Under the pieces are notes generated by a model. The model made no database searches and was not told where the DNA came from. It saw only the letters and a program-made list of their open reading frames with translations. From NCBI RefSeq assembly GCF_018977255.1, contig NW_024704742.1, positions 21,454,001 through 21,518,000 on the forward strand: a stretch of DNA of 64,000 nt, in the 5' to 3' direction. Numbering within the stretch: the stretch's first letter is position 1; each line of letters starts with the position of its first letter. Source of the stretch: Callorhinchus milii. Lineage: Eukaryota. Shown piece after piece: positions 1 through 13,240 of this stretch. A program made the translations under genes and the position numbers.

Positions 1-496
1 TCTTTTGATAAAAGCTAAATAACTCTTTTATTTGCCAAATTAATTGCTTTAAGTTTTTGCTCAAAGGCAGCAGACAAACTGAGGAAGTGTGTTATTAAAG
101 TCCTAGTTTTATATCATTGGCAATATTTGGGCTAAGACACAGAATTCGTAACAGGAATCGCTCATAGCAATTTCATCCACCCTAGGCTACTGCATACAGT
201 ACAGATTGCTGTGACTTATAGGGGCAGCCTATACCCTGGAGATACTGTAGAGGAGAATAATGAGGATGATCCCCAGTTTTGGATGAATGAACTATAAGCA
301 ATAGATAGACAAGCTACTGTTCTTCAGGCTCGAACAGAGATGTCTCAGAAGGGAGCTTGTAAAGGTTTGTATAATTTTAAATGATTAAATAAAGTAAACC
401 CGGGATACATCAAGACAGCCGTATCAACAAATGATCAATTCACTTCTTGTTTTTGTCTGGTTAAAGATCGAGTTGAAGTAGAAAAATCTCCGAGGA

Positions 497-1156
497 GTTA
501 GATCTTATCGCCCGGCTCCGCCACTGCCTCACCCTTCAGGCCGCCAAAACCCTCATCCACACGTTCATCACATCTAAGTTCAAGTATGCCAACTCCCTGC
601 TTGTTGGACTTCCCAACTCTTCCCTCCACAAGTTGCAGATCATCCAGAACTCTGCAGTTCATGTCCTCTCCGACTCGAGGCTCCATGACCCTATCAACCC
701 CACCCTCGCCCAGCTCCACTGGCTCCCCATCCCCAGAGGATAGAGTTCAAAATCCTCGTCCTCACCTTCAAGGCGCTCCACTGATTTGCCCCCTCCTACC
801 TCTGTGACCTGCTGGCCCCACATCAACCTATCTGCTCGCTCCGCTCAGCAGACTGCGCCTGCTCCATGTCACCCGCCTAGTCCATCCCACCATCAGCGGT
901 CAGGCCTTCAGCCTCTCTGCTCCCATCCTTTGGAACTCACAACCCACATTCCCTTCACCTCGTTTCCTCCTTTGCCTTCTTCAAGGCACATCTCAAGACC
1001 ATCCTCTACAACCGTGCCTTTGGCCACCCTCCTACCCTCCCTGCCCCCCTCCCTGATCCCAACACCCCCTTCTTGGGTCCAAATCCTTGACTGTCCAGAG
1101 CCTTGTGATAGCCTCCCAACATGATAGGCACTTTACAAATGTAATTTTGGATTGTT
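497..1156 (+). mobile_element. L2-clade LINE, 5'-truncated 3' fragment
   Basis: Degenerate ORF2 C-terminus (IARLRHCLT..AAKTLIHTFITS, LHWLP), then a C-rich 3'UTR and the L2 tail. Confidence 0.85.
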
Positions 1157-3934
1157 CTCTGATTTGGGAGATCTGGAGAAGAATCCAGGAGGAGGGGATT
1201 TGGGACGAGGGAGGTCTGGGAAGAGGGAGGTCTGGGAAGAGAGAGATCAAGGGCTCCCAGTTGTCATTAAGCATTAGAGAAGAAAATCCCACATGGTAAA
1301 AGTGAATGAATCAAACATTCTCCACGTATCTTTAAATATATATATATGCACTTCCCCCAAATAGTGGAGACCTTTACGTGGACAAAACTCTTGCAAATGA
1401 GAGCTTTAACCAGTCACTGTCACTTCAATCTCCTCCTCCACCATCAGATCAGCTAATTATAAACTGGGCCTTGACAGCACTGGAAGATCAGTCATAACAA
1501 TGCAGGATTTCCAAAACAACATCCACTCAGCGTGACTTAAGGAATCCAAAACTGCATTGGAGAGATGTGGGGTTTCAGACACGATGAGTCAAACAGAGCC
1601 AGTGTTAATGACAACACCAAGCAATTAATCTATACAGCAATGGGAAAAGGGAGAACAGAGGAGGCCTTTCTTTTATTTGTCAAATTTACATAAACGTTTC
1701 TACTTTTTAACAAGACTTTCAAAACAGAACTAGCTTTGTTCCTATCCACAAATGTAATGTACCTTTATATAAAAAATGTTACCTCGGGAGCATGTCTCAA
1801 AGCTCTTGAATAGGATTTAGGAATATTACATTTAGAGACTGACGGCCCTTTTTTAAGAGCTAAACATGATTATAAATTAAGAATTTTCCAAGATTCTGAA
1901 TGGTCATTTGTTTTGATGTTGTCAGCTGCTGAAATTTCAGTCCCCAGATTCAGCTATGGAAAAGGGCGAGCCCATTCCCATGTACCTCTTTTTGAGCAGT
2001 TATATATCAATTGGATCACTGGTAAATTCCTCAAAAGGGCTTTGTTGGCTCTAACACAGGGAGCTCTAAAAGGGCGAGGAATTGAAATAGTTCATTGAAA
2101 ATATATAGCTCACAGCACGAGCTAAAGAATCCCAGATGTCTTGGGCTGAAATATAAGAGCATTGAGCTCTGTCCTACAGGGGTTTCAGAAAATTGTACCA
2201 AAATTCCAGATGTTGTTACCTACACCTCTGGCATTCAGAGTGTGATTGAGGATAAACAGAGCAAAAAATCTAGATATTAATTTACATTACTGCATTATAT
2301 TTGAAGCCCTTTGAGACATCCACCCAACATGAAAGGCACCATATAAATGAAAATTATATTGTATTATGAAATCTTTCTGATCAGTCAATAGAAGATTTAC
2401 TTTAATGGAAGACAATAAACCTCAACACTTCGGGTAACCAAATATGGCAGAGATCAATGACAGCTGTACATAGGTAACTCTAAGTCACCTTTCCATTGCT
2501 ACTGTGAGAACCTGGTTAAAAGAAAACAATACATTATATTTATGTAGCGCCTTTCATGTCGGGAGGACTTCTCAAAGCACTTTATAGCTGAATGGTACGG
2601 GAAGAATAAAGTGGTGTCAATAAGATAGGTAATAAGAAAGGCTTTAAAGTTGGGGAGGGGCAATGTGGATGGACTCAGGGTAAGAGTTCAAGAGAGCGAG
2701 CAGAACAGCCATCATCACACTGATGAGTGATGCACTGAAATGTCTGAGACGCCGTCCGGCGTGGAGGGCGCTACATAAATCCAAGTTGTTGTTGTTGTTG
2801 TTTGACAAATCCAGTTCACACCGATTTTGACATCTTTGCATTTGATATAGTGCTTTTCACTTCGGGAGGACATCCAAAAGTACTTCAAAGGATTTACTGT
2901 GAAGTGGAGTGACTGTACTTGAGGGCGAAGGCGGCAGCTAATTTGCACAAAACAACATCCCAGAAACAGCTGTGAAGTGAATAAGCAATTTTATCTGGGG
3001 GATGTATTGGCCAGGAAATTGGGAGAAACTCCCTTCTCTTTTTGAATCGTGCCATGGGATCTTTAACATCCACCTGAACAGACAGACTGGACATCGGTTC
3101 AACGTCTCATCCAAAGGTCGGGAAAGATTCTGCTGCATGTTTCCCTTCACAGGATGAAGCTCACTGTTCCTGCTCCCACTCCGGGGGTCAGAGATCAACT
3201 GCTTACAGAGGTTCACAGCTCTCAGAATTTACTGCTAAAGCACTGGAACGCCAGGGTAATGGATGGACTTTAACGTGATAGGCTTCAAGATGTAACTAAA
3301 TCCAAATAAGCACGAAAAAAGAAACAGTTTCCATTCAGTCACATAAAGCAAAGTGACAGATGAGCTGAGGCATCGACTGGTCATCTTCAGAATGGTCTCA
3401 GCAGTTCTACCTGTTGCGAGCAGTTTTTTGGGGAGGGCGATTTTGTATGTTAGTTTGTGAATATATTTCCCAGAGCACACAGTGAAAAGAAAAGATTGGA
3501 AGGGCTGATAGTCATACAATAATCATATCCAGTGATTCTTTTCACTATTGGGAGGTGCAATTCTGATATTAAAGTAATGAAAATTACTTTACTTCACCCC
3601 TTCGCCTCATTCCCTCCTTCCCCATCTTCAGGTCGCACCTGACGAACTTCCTCTTCGACCACGCCTACAGTCACCTCCCCCCCCCCCCCGGCTCGGCCTC
3701 GGGCTCTGCCATTGTCAAGCGCTCCGAGATGCCGCCCGGCGTGGAGGGTGCTATATAAATGCAAGTTGTTGATGCTGTAAAATAGCCCACTGAAGAAAAG
3801 GAAGCTTAGATACAAGTAAAGGAGTGACAGACAATCCTGAGGTTCACAAAGTGATCCTTGGCTAAGAGGTGGCAGTACTGATCACGACCATCTCACCTCA
3901 TGATATGGTGAGTTGATACACCCACGTAACACAG

Positions 3935-4339
3935 TAATAATAATAATAATCCTTGCATTTGATACAGCGCCTTATCACGTCATTGTCTCTAAGTGCTTCA
4001 CAGAATAGACGGTAAGGTGAATTGACTGTATATTTTGTGGGTGAAACTTGGCAACCAATTGCGCACAGCAGTGTCCCACAAACAGTCGTGGATTGAATGA
4101 CCAAATTACGATTATCATTTTTTTGAAGGGATTATAATAATAATAATAATCCTTGCATTTGATATAGCCCCAAGAAAGTGATCCACGAATCGAGTAACAA
4201 CGAGGCTCTTACTTACTGCTAGGAAAACAGTGGCGTGTGGAGTAAGGAAACTTGCCTAAGGTTTTGTACGGCCCGGGAATCAAACCCAGATCCTCTCGTT
4301 TGCAAGACAAGTGCTCTAACCAACGCACTACAGGACTCC
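3935..4339 (-). mobile_element. tRNA-derived SINE, long subtype, with a second SINE tail inserted at about 4135-4168
   Basis: Head ends at 4339 (caggactcc). Carries the extra cctagcagtaagta segment and an internal second aataataatccttgcatttgatatagc. Confidence 0.85.
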
Positions 4340-4554
4340 AAGACACAGTGAGTTTAGAAACTGTCCAAAATGGTGAAAGAAGCAGAACTGCAAAGATAAT
4401 AGAGAACTGATTTTTTTTTTGAATGGAGCTTTCAAAGCAAACCATTGTGTCAAACTGAGGCGGGGTATTCACCTTCCAAATGTGGACATGGAGAAAGACA
4501 GATTTGGATCACAATTAGTTGCAGGTTGATAAATTGTTCAACAACAAAGAGAGA

Positions 4555-4740
4555 GAGAGGTGGGAAAACTCAGCATCTATGGAGAAAGGAAAGTGAGTCA
4601 ATGTTTCAGGTCCATGACTCTTCGTCAGAACTGGGGCATGTTGGTAGGGAGAGATTTTTAAGGACAAGTTGAGGTGGGGAGGTAGGACAAGGATGACAAA
4701 GAAGACAAAAAACAGACAAAGGAGAGAATGTGTTAGTTGA
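4555..4740 (-). mobile_element. Penelope-like element terminal fragment with a degenerate hammerhead motif
   Basis: Minus strand reads cagttCTGACGAagagtcatggacctGAAAcattgactc..tttctccatagatgctgagttttccca, resembling from memory the common shark/ray Penelope-type repeat. Confidence 0.65.
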
Positions 4741-4759
4741 TGGGTTAAAGAGGTGATAC

Positions 4760-5250
4760 TCTGCAGTTTGTATACTCTCACGCACCAGGCTCCATGACCC
4801 CATTACTCCCACCCTCGCCCGACTCCACTGGCTCCCCATCCCCCAGAGGATTGAGTTCAAGATCCTCATCCTCACCTTTAAGGCCATCCATGGCCTTGCC
4901 CCCTCCTACCTCTCTGACCTGCTGACTCCCTACCAACCCCCCCCATGCTCCCTCTGCTCATCAGGCTCCAGTCTGCTCCATGTCTCCCGCCCGACCTGCC
5001 CTAGTGGGTGGCCGGGCTTTCAGCCTCTCTGCTCCCACACTCTGGAACTCCATCCCACGGTCCCTTCGCCTCGCTTCCTCCCTTACCTCCTTCAAGGCCG
5101 GTCTCAAGACCCTTCTCTCCCTCCCACCTCTCTGCCTTCCCTACACCACCCCTTCCCCATGCTCAGGCCTCGTCACCTGACTGTTCAGCACTTTGGGACG
5201 TCCTCCCGACATGAAAGGCGCTCTATAAATGTAACTTTGTTGTTGTTGTT
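4760..5250 (+). mobile_element. L2-clade LINE 3' fragment
   Basis: ORF 4980..5180 contains GGRAFSLSAPTLWNSIP..LR..SSLTSFKAGLKT. Tail is gggacgtcctcccgacatgaaaggcgct followed by (GTT)n. Confidence 0.9.
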
Positions 5251-6139
5251 GATAGTGGCATAAAACCAAGGGGGGGGGGGTTGTACAACAAAAGTGGGCG
5301 TGGGTTGAAACGAACCTGGGGAGACGAGATGTTTATAGTGCAAAATATATAAATATTGATGATATATTGTTCGTTAGTTAAGTAATGGCATTAAGTAAGG
5401 GAATGGAATATGTTTAGAAATACTGTAACTTCTCCTCCCCCGTCAGAGTTGACAATCTCTCACCTTCTCCATGCCCCTCACACTCTCTCGTGTACCACAC
5501 CCTCTCACTTGCTGTAATACTCTGACAAACCTCACAGTCACTATAAGATTAGCTGACACATCAGAACCTCAGATGAAACATGTTTTGAAAACAACCCTCA
5601 AATCAATAAAGTAATCATGAACAACACCCCGGCAATGCGTACCCACCACCAATACATGCTCTTTGTTTCCTCACCAATGAGCAGTGTTATATAGAAATGG
5701 ATAAAATGTATCTTCTGGCAGAATCTGTTCTGAATCTATCTGTGTGAGGCATATCGAGTGTGCTTATACCACAATTGCATTTCTGTTAACCTTTTAGTTT
5801 GGGTGTCCAGACAAACCATAAATCTGCTTGTAAAAATTCTGTTGGGAGTTCCTACAAATCCCTGTTAATCCTTTCTCCAGTCACCTGACTACACTGAGCA
5901 ATGCTGCTGTAGCCATAGGACAGAAGTAATCTGAAGCTTATTCTGCAAAGTTACCTTTATCACTACTTTTTCAGATAAAATAACCTACAAATCAAGTATA
6001 GAAATGAAGCGTTTGTGAGCCTGTAACCTGGGACCCAGTCCAGAACTCAGCATTTGAGCTCTTTCACTTTGATTGCAGTTTATGACTTTATTATGGTCAC
6101 AGCATTCTGCTTCATTCGAAAAAGGAAGTTTCTCTCAGT

Positions 6140-6432
6140 GTGCTGTCCCATAAAAACAGCCATGAATTGAATGGCAAATTTTATTTGAGGGGTTGTTGGC
6201 CAGGACAGCGGAAGAAACTTTCTCTCTTTTTGAATCGTGCCATGAGATTTTTAGTATCCACCTAAACAGGCAGACAGGACCTCGGGTTAACGGTTGTTCC
6301 TGAGGACGGCACCTCCAACAGTGCTAGACAATCCCTGCAGTGTATTGGAGTGTCAGACTGGATTGCAATTCAAGGTCCCAAAATGTGGCTTGAACCTACA
6401 ATAGGAAGAAACAGGGAGGGCTAACAACTGAA
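6140..6432 (-). mobile_element. Deu-domain SINE
   Basis: Reverse-complement Deu core. Further partial copies at about 2833-3118, 8370-8660, 19930-20250, 24830-25145, 25280-25520, 28550-28725, 34345-34690, 44610-44800, 52105-52360, 57500-57720 and 62705-62850. Confidence 0.75.
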
Positions 6433-6446
6433 CCAGAAACTAGTTG

Positions 6447-7260
6447 GACAACAACAGCAACAAAATTACATTTGTATAGCGCCTTTCATGTGGGGAGGAC
6501 GTTCCAAGGCGCTGGACAGACAGAGTTACAGACCCGAGCTGAGGGGAGGGGTGGGCGGGGGGGGGGGGGGGGGGGGCAAGCAGGGAGATCGAAAGCATGG
6601 TCGAAGAGGAGAGTCTTGAGTTGGGTTTTGAAGGTGGCGAGGGAGGGGGCGAAAACTGAGGGAATGTACTCCAATACACTGCGGAATGGAGTTCCGGAGG
6701 GTGGTTGCAGAGTGGCAGAAGGCCCGCCCTCTGATAGTGGGGCAAGCAAGGCGGGGGACGTGAAGCAGGCCAGAGCCCACTGAGCGGAGGGACGAACAGG
6801 GTGGTAGGGGGTTAGGAGGTCGAAGAGGTAGGGTGAGCAAGACCATGGAGGGCTTTGAAGGTGAGGACCAGGATCTTGAACTGCATCCTCTGTGTGATGG
6901 GAAGCCAGTGGAGGTGATACGGTCATGGAGCCTTGGGCAGGGGAGGACACGGGCTGCAGAGTTCTGGATGATATGCAGTCTGTGGAGGGACAAGTTGGGG
7001 GGCCAACAATCTCTGAATTTGCATAGTCGAGCCTCGATGTAATGAAGGCGTGTATGAGGGTTTCGGCGGCCTGAGGTGTGAGACAGTGTCGGAGCCGGGC
7101 GACGCTGCAGAGGTGGGGGAAGGCAGAGTGGGTCATGGCACAGATATGGGGTAGAAAGGATAGTTAAGGGTCAAACAAGATCCCAAGGTTCCGGACTGAC
7201 TTAGCAAGGTGGAGTGTGCGGATATGGGAGTGGGGTGAGAAGGAAGAACTGTGTTTCCCT
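6447..7260 (-). mobile_element. L2-clade LINE 3' fragment
   Basis: ORFs 6486..7136 and 6526..6993 contain AAETLIHAFITSRLDYANS, LHIIQNSAARVL and FKTQLKTLLF, with frameshifts. Tail at 6447-6512. Confidence 0.9.
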
Positions 7261-9816
7261 ATTTGCATCATGTTTCCATGGACATTTGAGCATTTATGCT
7301 AAATGCAAATAAAAGAAAGTACTCTTGCCTCCTGTAATGCACTGGGTGGTAAATTAGTCCTAAGTCCTTGTAATTATTATTAAGCTGCTTGTTTTACACA
7401 GTCGTAATTGCTGTTATATGGATCCATGTGGAAAACATTCTTGGTAACATTGATTAATACAAGTCAAATCCTCTGTGCCTGAAAAGGCCACTCATGAATG
7501 GACAAAGAACTCTATATTTTGGGGAGCATTTTTTGGGGACTGGTTAATAGAATATTATCCCAAGCTGTCTTCTAATCATTATCACCATACCATTACTCCT
7601 TTGTGCCACGGAGAGGAGGACAGATCACACTTAAAACGTGGTGGAAGAAAGCCAAGAACCGTAACCTGAACCAGCAACGACTCGGGAATGACAGACATTT
7701 CCCAGGGATTCCCCTCCACCTTTCATTTTAATACCTTCAGTAGTTTTCTATTTGACAATAAAATAAATCCAGAGCATATAACAGGTTATAGAAATGAAGC
7801 GGAAACCACCGACACGTATGGAGTGTGACACTTCTTTGCTGGTCTCAGGATAGGGACCATGTCATTCTGTGAAACCAAACCTCTGTAGCATACTCCTCTG
7901 TACAACATTGCAGCACTTGTAGCACATTACAAAGAGCCAGCAACAGACTGAGCAATGAAGGGGTGGGGAAAAAACAATGTAGTAGGCTTCTACTTTAGTT
8001 GAGGTCAACAGGGAATTTCTGCAGTCCATTTCTGCTAGATATATAGTCGAGCTGTCATCAAATGTCCAACCAGTTATTTGACTTGTCGACTTCAATAATG
8101 GGAGCTGACTCTGGCTTTGAAAACTATGCTAACTGAGTTATATTTTATCCTTGCAATTCAGATTCCACGGGAGGTCACCTTGATCTGAACTGATTCCAAC
8201 CAAGTTATTTTCCTCATTTCTACATTGGTCGCTCTGTACTGTGCAGGCGGAACTACAACTACCATGGTGCCATACATATTAAATAACCTTTGCTTTCATA
8301 CAACGCCTTTCACTAATTAAATGGTGTAGAAGGCTAGCCAAGCTGACTGACTGCTATTCTTAATAGTTTTAATAATAACCTTACATTTGATTTAGCACGA
8401 TATCACTTGAGGAGGATGTCTCAAAGCACTTCACAGGCTTTTACTTTTAAAATGTAGTGACATTGTAGGTGAATGTAGTAGCCAATTTTTAACAAAGCAA
8501 TGTCCGCAAGCAACCATGAAGTGAATGACCAAATGTATCTGGGGGATTCTTGGCCAGGACAATAGAAGTAACTCCCTTCTCTTTTCAAAGAGCGCTTTAA
8601 ACATCCACCAGAACTATCTCAGATGAGACTGTAGTTTAACGTCTCCTCCAAAGCAAAAGTGCTAATCTCACGTGCAAGAATGGTTATTATTATTGTATTA
8701 TACGACACTGCTGCCTGTGACTTATCCTCTGTAATTATGCTGCACAGAGACCCCACCCCTCGTGAAGAGTGTTATATAAATGCAAGTTGTTATTGTTGTT
8801 GGTGGTGTTGCTGCTGTTGTTGCACCATAGTTTCTTCAAAAGTCTGAGCCATCAATAATTCTACAAACTGCTGCACAAATGGCATAAATTTCAATGGTTT
8901 ACGCACAATTGTAGTATCCTGAACCGTGCAATTCTTTCCACAAAAAAGGTAGATCTAAGAAAAAATCTCTCCACACTGTGCCAATTATTGAAAAGGTCAT
9001 GGACGTAAGGCTTTATCCAAAAAATGTTAACGGGAACACTAAACATGACTTACTGGAATGCCTTTCAAGTGCAAAATTCCTCCCTGTTATAGATTGGTCA
9101 CTGATAGCCATCAGTAAAAGTAAGGCTTTACATTCTTTGTCCTTGACATTGGACATTAAACTGAATTATAGACGAAGTGACCTGCTCTAATTGACAGGTG
9201 CCTTTCCCCACATCGATGTAATGGCACAGAAATGATGTTCATCTTCCCATTGCTCTGCCATTGCGGTCTTACTGCTAGGTGTCACCAGGTAGTTCGGATG
9301 AATGCATGTCCTAAATCACTTGTGGTCTCAGTACACAAGCTGTTGCACAGAAAACATCCTGGCAACATTCTCTGGAGAATGCGAGAATCCCAAACACTTC
9401 AATTCAATTCAAATTCAGAAAATAAAATTTTGGACGACCGTTGCATAAGGATATTTCTTATGCTAATCTCCTGTTCTGTCACACAGTTCAGAAGCCCTGG
9501 AGTAATAACTCAAACACTGCCTTGTGCAGGTTGTTCTCAGCAAGGGTTATGCTTTTAAAACTGCAGGCATTCACCTTATCAAGCAATTAGACACAATATC
9601 CATGATGGGGACAATGTACTTTGCCATAGAATAAACCAATGAGTGACACTGAGCTGAAAACTCCAGACTTCATGGGGAAGAGAAAGAAAGTTCCAAGATC
9701 CGAAATATGAGAGTATTATTGCGTGAGACATAGTGATATATTGTATGTGACTGCAAGATATACCCAGTGATGTATTGTGTGGGACTACATTATGGAAGAC
9801 AATTAAATATTATATA

Positions 9817-10111
9817 TAATAATAATCCTGCATTAGATATAGCGCTTTTTACATCTTCTAGACCTCTCAAAGCGCTTCATACATACTGTAAAGTGAATTG
9901 ACTGTATATTCTGTGGGCGAAACACTGCAGCCAATTTCACAGCAGTGTCCCACAAACAGGCGTGGATTGAGTGACCAATTTTTTTTTTTTTTGAGGGATA
10001 ATTATCAGGCGTGTGAAGTAATGAAACTTCCCCAAGGTTTCGTCCTGCCGGGAATCAAACCCAGGTCTCTCGCTTGCAAGGCGAGTGCTCTGACCACTGA
10101 GCTACAGGACT
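9817..10111 (-). mobile_element. tRNA-derived SINE, short subtype
   Basis: Reverse-complement match to 10664-10983. Confidence 0.9.
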
Positions 10112-10663
10112 AAAGAGTCTCACAGAGTAATATGGCATAGTCTCTACACTACACTAAGCACCGAAGGATAAAAGTGATTTTAGTGTGGGTCGAGTAACTG
10201 CCGTGATGGATAATTCTACAAAAGTCTCACAAATGGCACAAATTTTAACAACAACAACTTGCATTTGTATAGTCCACTTCAAGTGGGGTAGTGGCTCAGA
10301 GTGCTTCACAATACGGTTGTTTGTTTGCAAGCCGGGGAGAAAGGGGAGGTGACTGTAGACAAGGTCGAAGAAGAAAGTCTTCAGGTGCAACCTGAAGGTG
10401 AGTAAAGAGGGCACAAGGCAGAGGGATTGAGACAAGGAACTATTTCAGTGGTTTATTCACAGTGTATAAGAGCGTGAGAACACAGTGTGAATTGGGGCAA
10501 GGGATAGAATGTATATCAGGACAAATACCAACTCCAGAAGCTATGGAGGTGTGAATTAGAGATTCAAGAGGTCATATACAACAACAACAACAAGATTACA
10601 TTTGTATAGCACCTTTCACGTCGGGAGAAAGTCCCAAGGCACTGGGATGTCCTATATATATGT

Positions 10664-10983
10664 GGAGTCCTGTAGCTCAGTGGTTAGAGCACTCGCTTTA
10701 CAAGCGAGAGACCTGAGTTCAATTCCAGGCAGAGGGCGAAACCTTGGGCAAGTTTCCTTACTCCACACAGAGCCTAATAATAATCCCTCCCAAACCAAAA
10801 ACAATAATAAATTGGTCATTTTCAATCTACGACTGTTTGTGGGACATTGCTGTGCGCAATTGGCTGCCGCGTTCGCCCACAAATATACAGTCAATTCACT
10901 TTACAGTGTGTTCTGTGAAGCGCTTTGGGACGTCCTCCCGAAGTGAAAAGCGCTATATCAAATGCAAGGATTATTATTATTAT
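10664..10983 (+). mobile_element. tRNA-derived SINE, short subtype, full length
   Basis: Head ggagtcctgtagctcagtggttagagca (A box) and gagttcaattcc (B box); L2-type tail with (ATT)n. Confidence 0.95.
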
Positions 10984-12319
10984 ATAAGATAGAGGGCATA
11001 TATAATTGTGTGCAAATGTTGTTTGGTGTTGTGTGCATGTGGGTATTTGTATGTGTGGGTGAGGGTTAATAATAATAATAATATTAATCCTTACATTAAA
11101 TAGTACGTCTTTAATGCCAGTAAGAGAACTCCAAGTGCTGTGTGTACTTTGTAAGCAAATGCAAGAACAACAAGTTGCATTTATATAGCTTTCTTCATGC
11201 TGGGTTGTGTCTTGGAGCACTTAACTGTGATGGAGCCTGACACCGCAGCAGGCAATTTGCACACAGCAATGTCCCACAATCAAATCAGGCCTGAAGTGAA
11301 TGACCAATTAAGAAGATTGTAGGCTTCAGTCTGGTAAGGAATGAGCGCAGGACACAGGCCAGACAAAGGTGGTAAATTCACACCAGGATCATAAGAAAAA
11401 TCTCAGCAGTAAAGGAAATCCCAGGAAATAAACCATCACGACACAGACCACACAAGTCCAATTCTCCCACATTTCTGAACCATAAGTAGCAAGCATCATG
11501 TTTCAATTTTTATTAGAGAAAAAGCAAATTAAATCAAAAGTCGCACTGCATGGGTATTAATGGTAATGTCACGCCTGCCAAAGCCGATCATTTAGCAGCA
11601 GTAAAATTAAAACTGATAATTCACTGGAGTGAATCATTGCTTAACAACAGAGGCCTGAGCTGCAGGATAAATTCCAGAGCATGTTTAGCAGCTCAGACAA
11701 TGCAGTGATGGACTACACAGAAGACTGTGCCATTGATGGTGCATTATTGAAACTCTCTCACTTGTGCAGAAGCCTGTCGAAACTCACTTGTTCATACAGT
11801 ACTCGTGAATTATGGGTGTTTGACACTTCCGAAAGAACAAAGAATGAACAATGTCAGTCTGCTCAGGTAGTGTTCAAACCTCTGGACTCACAAGATGGGA
11901 GAGAGAAGCCTTATCGCTGAGATATTATTGATAGGAAACTGCTCAGACAGGTATTCCTGTTCAGGTGATGCGCTTTTGGGGGAGACCTTTGAATTCCGTT
12001 CACCACAAAATATTTGGTTAACTTTTCTTTGTATGCCTACAAACATGCCCTCAATCTTTGCCCTTTTTTTAGTGAATTTTAGTTAGGGCGGAGGGAAGGA
12101 ATAGTATATAAAATCAGTCAATAGGTGAAACACAAGCAGACTATTGAAGAGACGTGATGGATTCCAGTGGAATACAATTTAATATAATTTACCCTTATAC
12201 AGCGGCTTCCATGTTGGGAGGACATCTCAAAGTGTTTGGGTGGGAGCCACAAGGGTCTAAGGATAGGACAGAACAGGCCCACTCACCCTTTGGATAGACA
12301 TGGGTTTGCTCAAGTCACA

Positions 12320-12477
12320 GTACTTCATGGCTAGCCCACTTTTATTTCAGTAGTGAATCGCACAGGGTGTTCTCTATCTGTAGTATCATTTTTACATACT
12401 CTATATTCTGTCCCAGGAACAGTTTGCTGCAAGTGGAAACATTTTGATCAGAACTGAAAAGTGAAGCTGCTTTAATC
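12320..12477 (-). other. Non-coding terminal (3'UTR) exon
   Basis: Acceptor gtttctccctcttacccccatgtcag|G at 12478-12479 closes a 93-nt intron (12478-12570). AATAAA lies about 130 nt into the exon. The 3' end is approximate. Confidence 0.65.
12341..12346 (-). promoter_or_regulatory. Polyadenylation signal AATAAA
   Basis: tttatt on the plus strand, inside the predicted terminal exon. Confidence 0.55.
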
Positions 12478-12611
12478 CTGACATGGGGGTAAGAGGGAGA
12501 AACACTAGTGAAACAGCATACCCGTATTATTATTATTAATGTTATTTTATAGACAGAACCAAGAACTCACCCTCTCGGAGGAGCATCCTGAGCAGAATCG
12601 CATAGGGTCGG

Positions 12612-12736
12612 TCACACAGAGCTGCAGTCATCGAAGTCAATGTCAGAGAAGTTAGCGTCCTGAGGGAGCGAAGAGAAAATGTTTTCTTGAAGGTTCCAGT
12701 CAATCATGTTGTCTCCATTTTCCTTGGCAGAGCTCG
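12612..12736 (-). CDS. Probable last coding exon: ASSAKENGDNMIDWNLQENIFSSLPQDANFSDIDFDDCSSV* (exon continues as UTR to 12571)
   Basis: Acceptor tcttttcactctttatgttttcag. The phase-1 frame is the longest open one and matches the 48524 donor. TGA at 12612-12614, donor G|gtgagt at 12570. Linkage to the upstream exons is inferred from phase and composition only. Confidence 0.7.
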
Positions 12737-13240
12737 CTGAAAACATAAAGAGTGAAAAGAAAATTAATCCACGAGACGGTCCTCTTTGGTAACATGACGC
12801 GCTGAATATGTGTAAAAACAACACTGTGCAATAGTCCTTCCATTTGATATGGCGCCTTTCACATCAGGGGCATACCTCAAAGTGCTCTAATCTGTGGTGA
12901 CTGTGTGTTTTTGTAGGTCAATTGCTGAAGGGGGAATTGAGGATAATGACATATTCCATATTTTTTTAAAGAAAAACTGATTTTCTCACTTCATGAATTG
13001 AAAAGTTTAAATCCATTAACTTTAAAATGTAAAATTCTCCTCTATATCGCTGACTGTCACAGATCTTTGTCGTTAGTTTTTAATGGTAAAAGGGGGAATA
13101 GATTGGCCAACATCTACATTCACTTTGCTCTCTATGGATTAAGGAGGGTGCACTCAAAGGAGAGAATGTAACACTGAAGCAAGTAATAAAGGCTTCATGT
13201 TACACTTATAATTGTTACATTTTATCACACGAAAATTGTG

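Noticed and set aside
6486..7136. Longest ORF in the track (216 aa)
   Set aside because: Frameshifted L2 ORF2 remnant, not a host gene.
7570..7820. NF-kB-like gggattcccc, ETS-like site and ATG|gtatgg suggesting a first exon
   Set aside because: Short motifs expected by chance, and no downstream coding exons were found.
10664..10737. tRNA-like sequence with A and B boxes
   Set aside because: It is the head of a multi-copy SINE continuing into a body and tail, not a tRNA gene.
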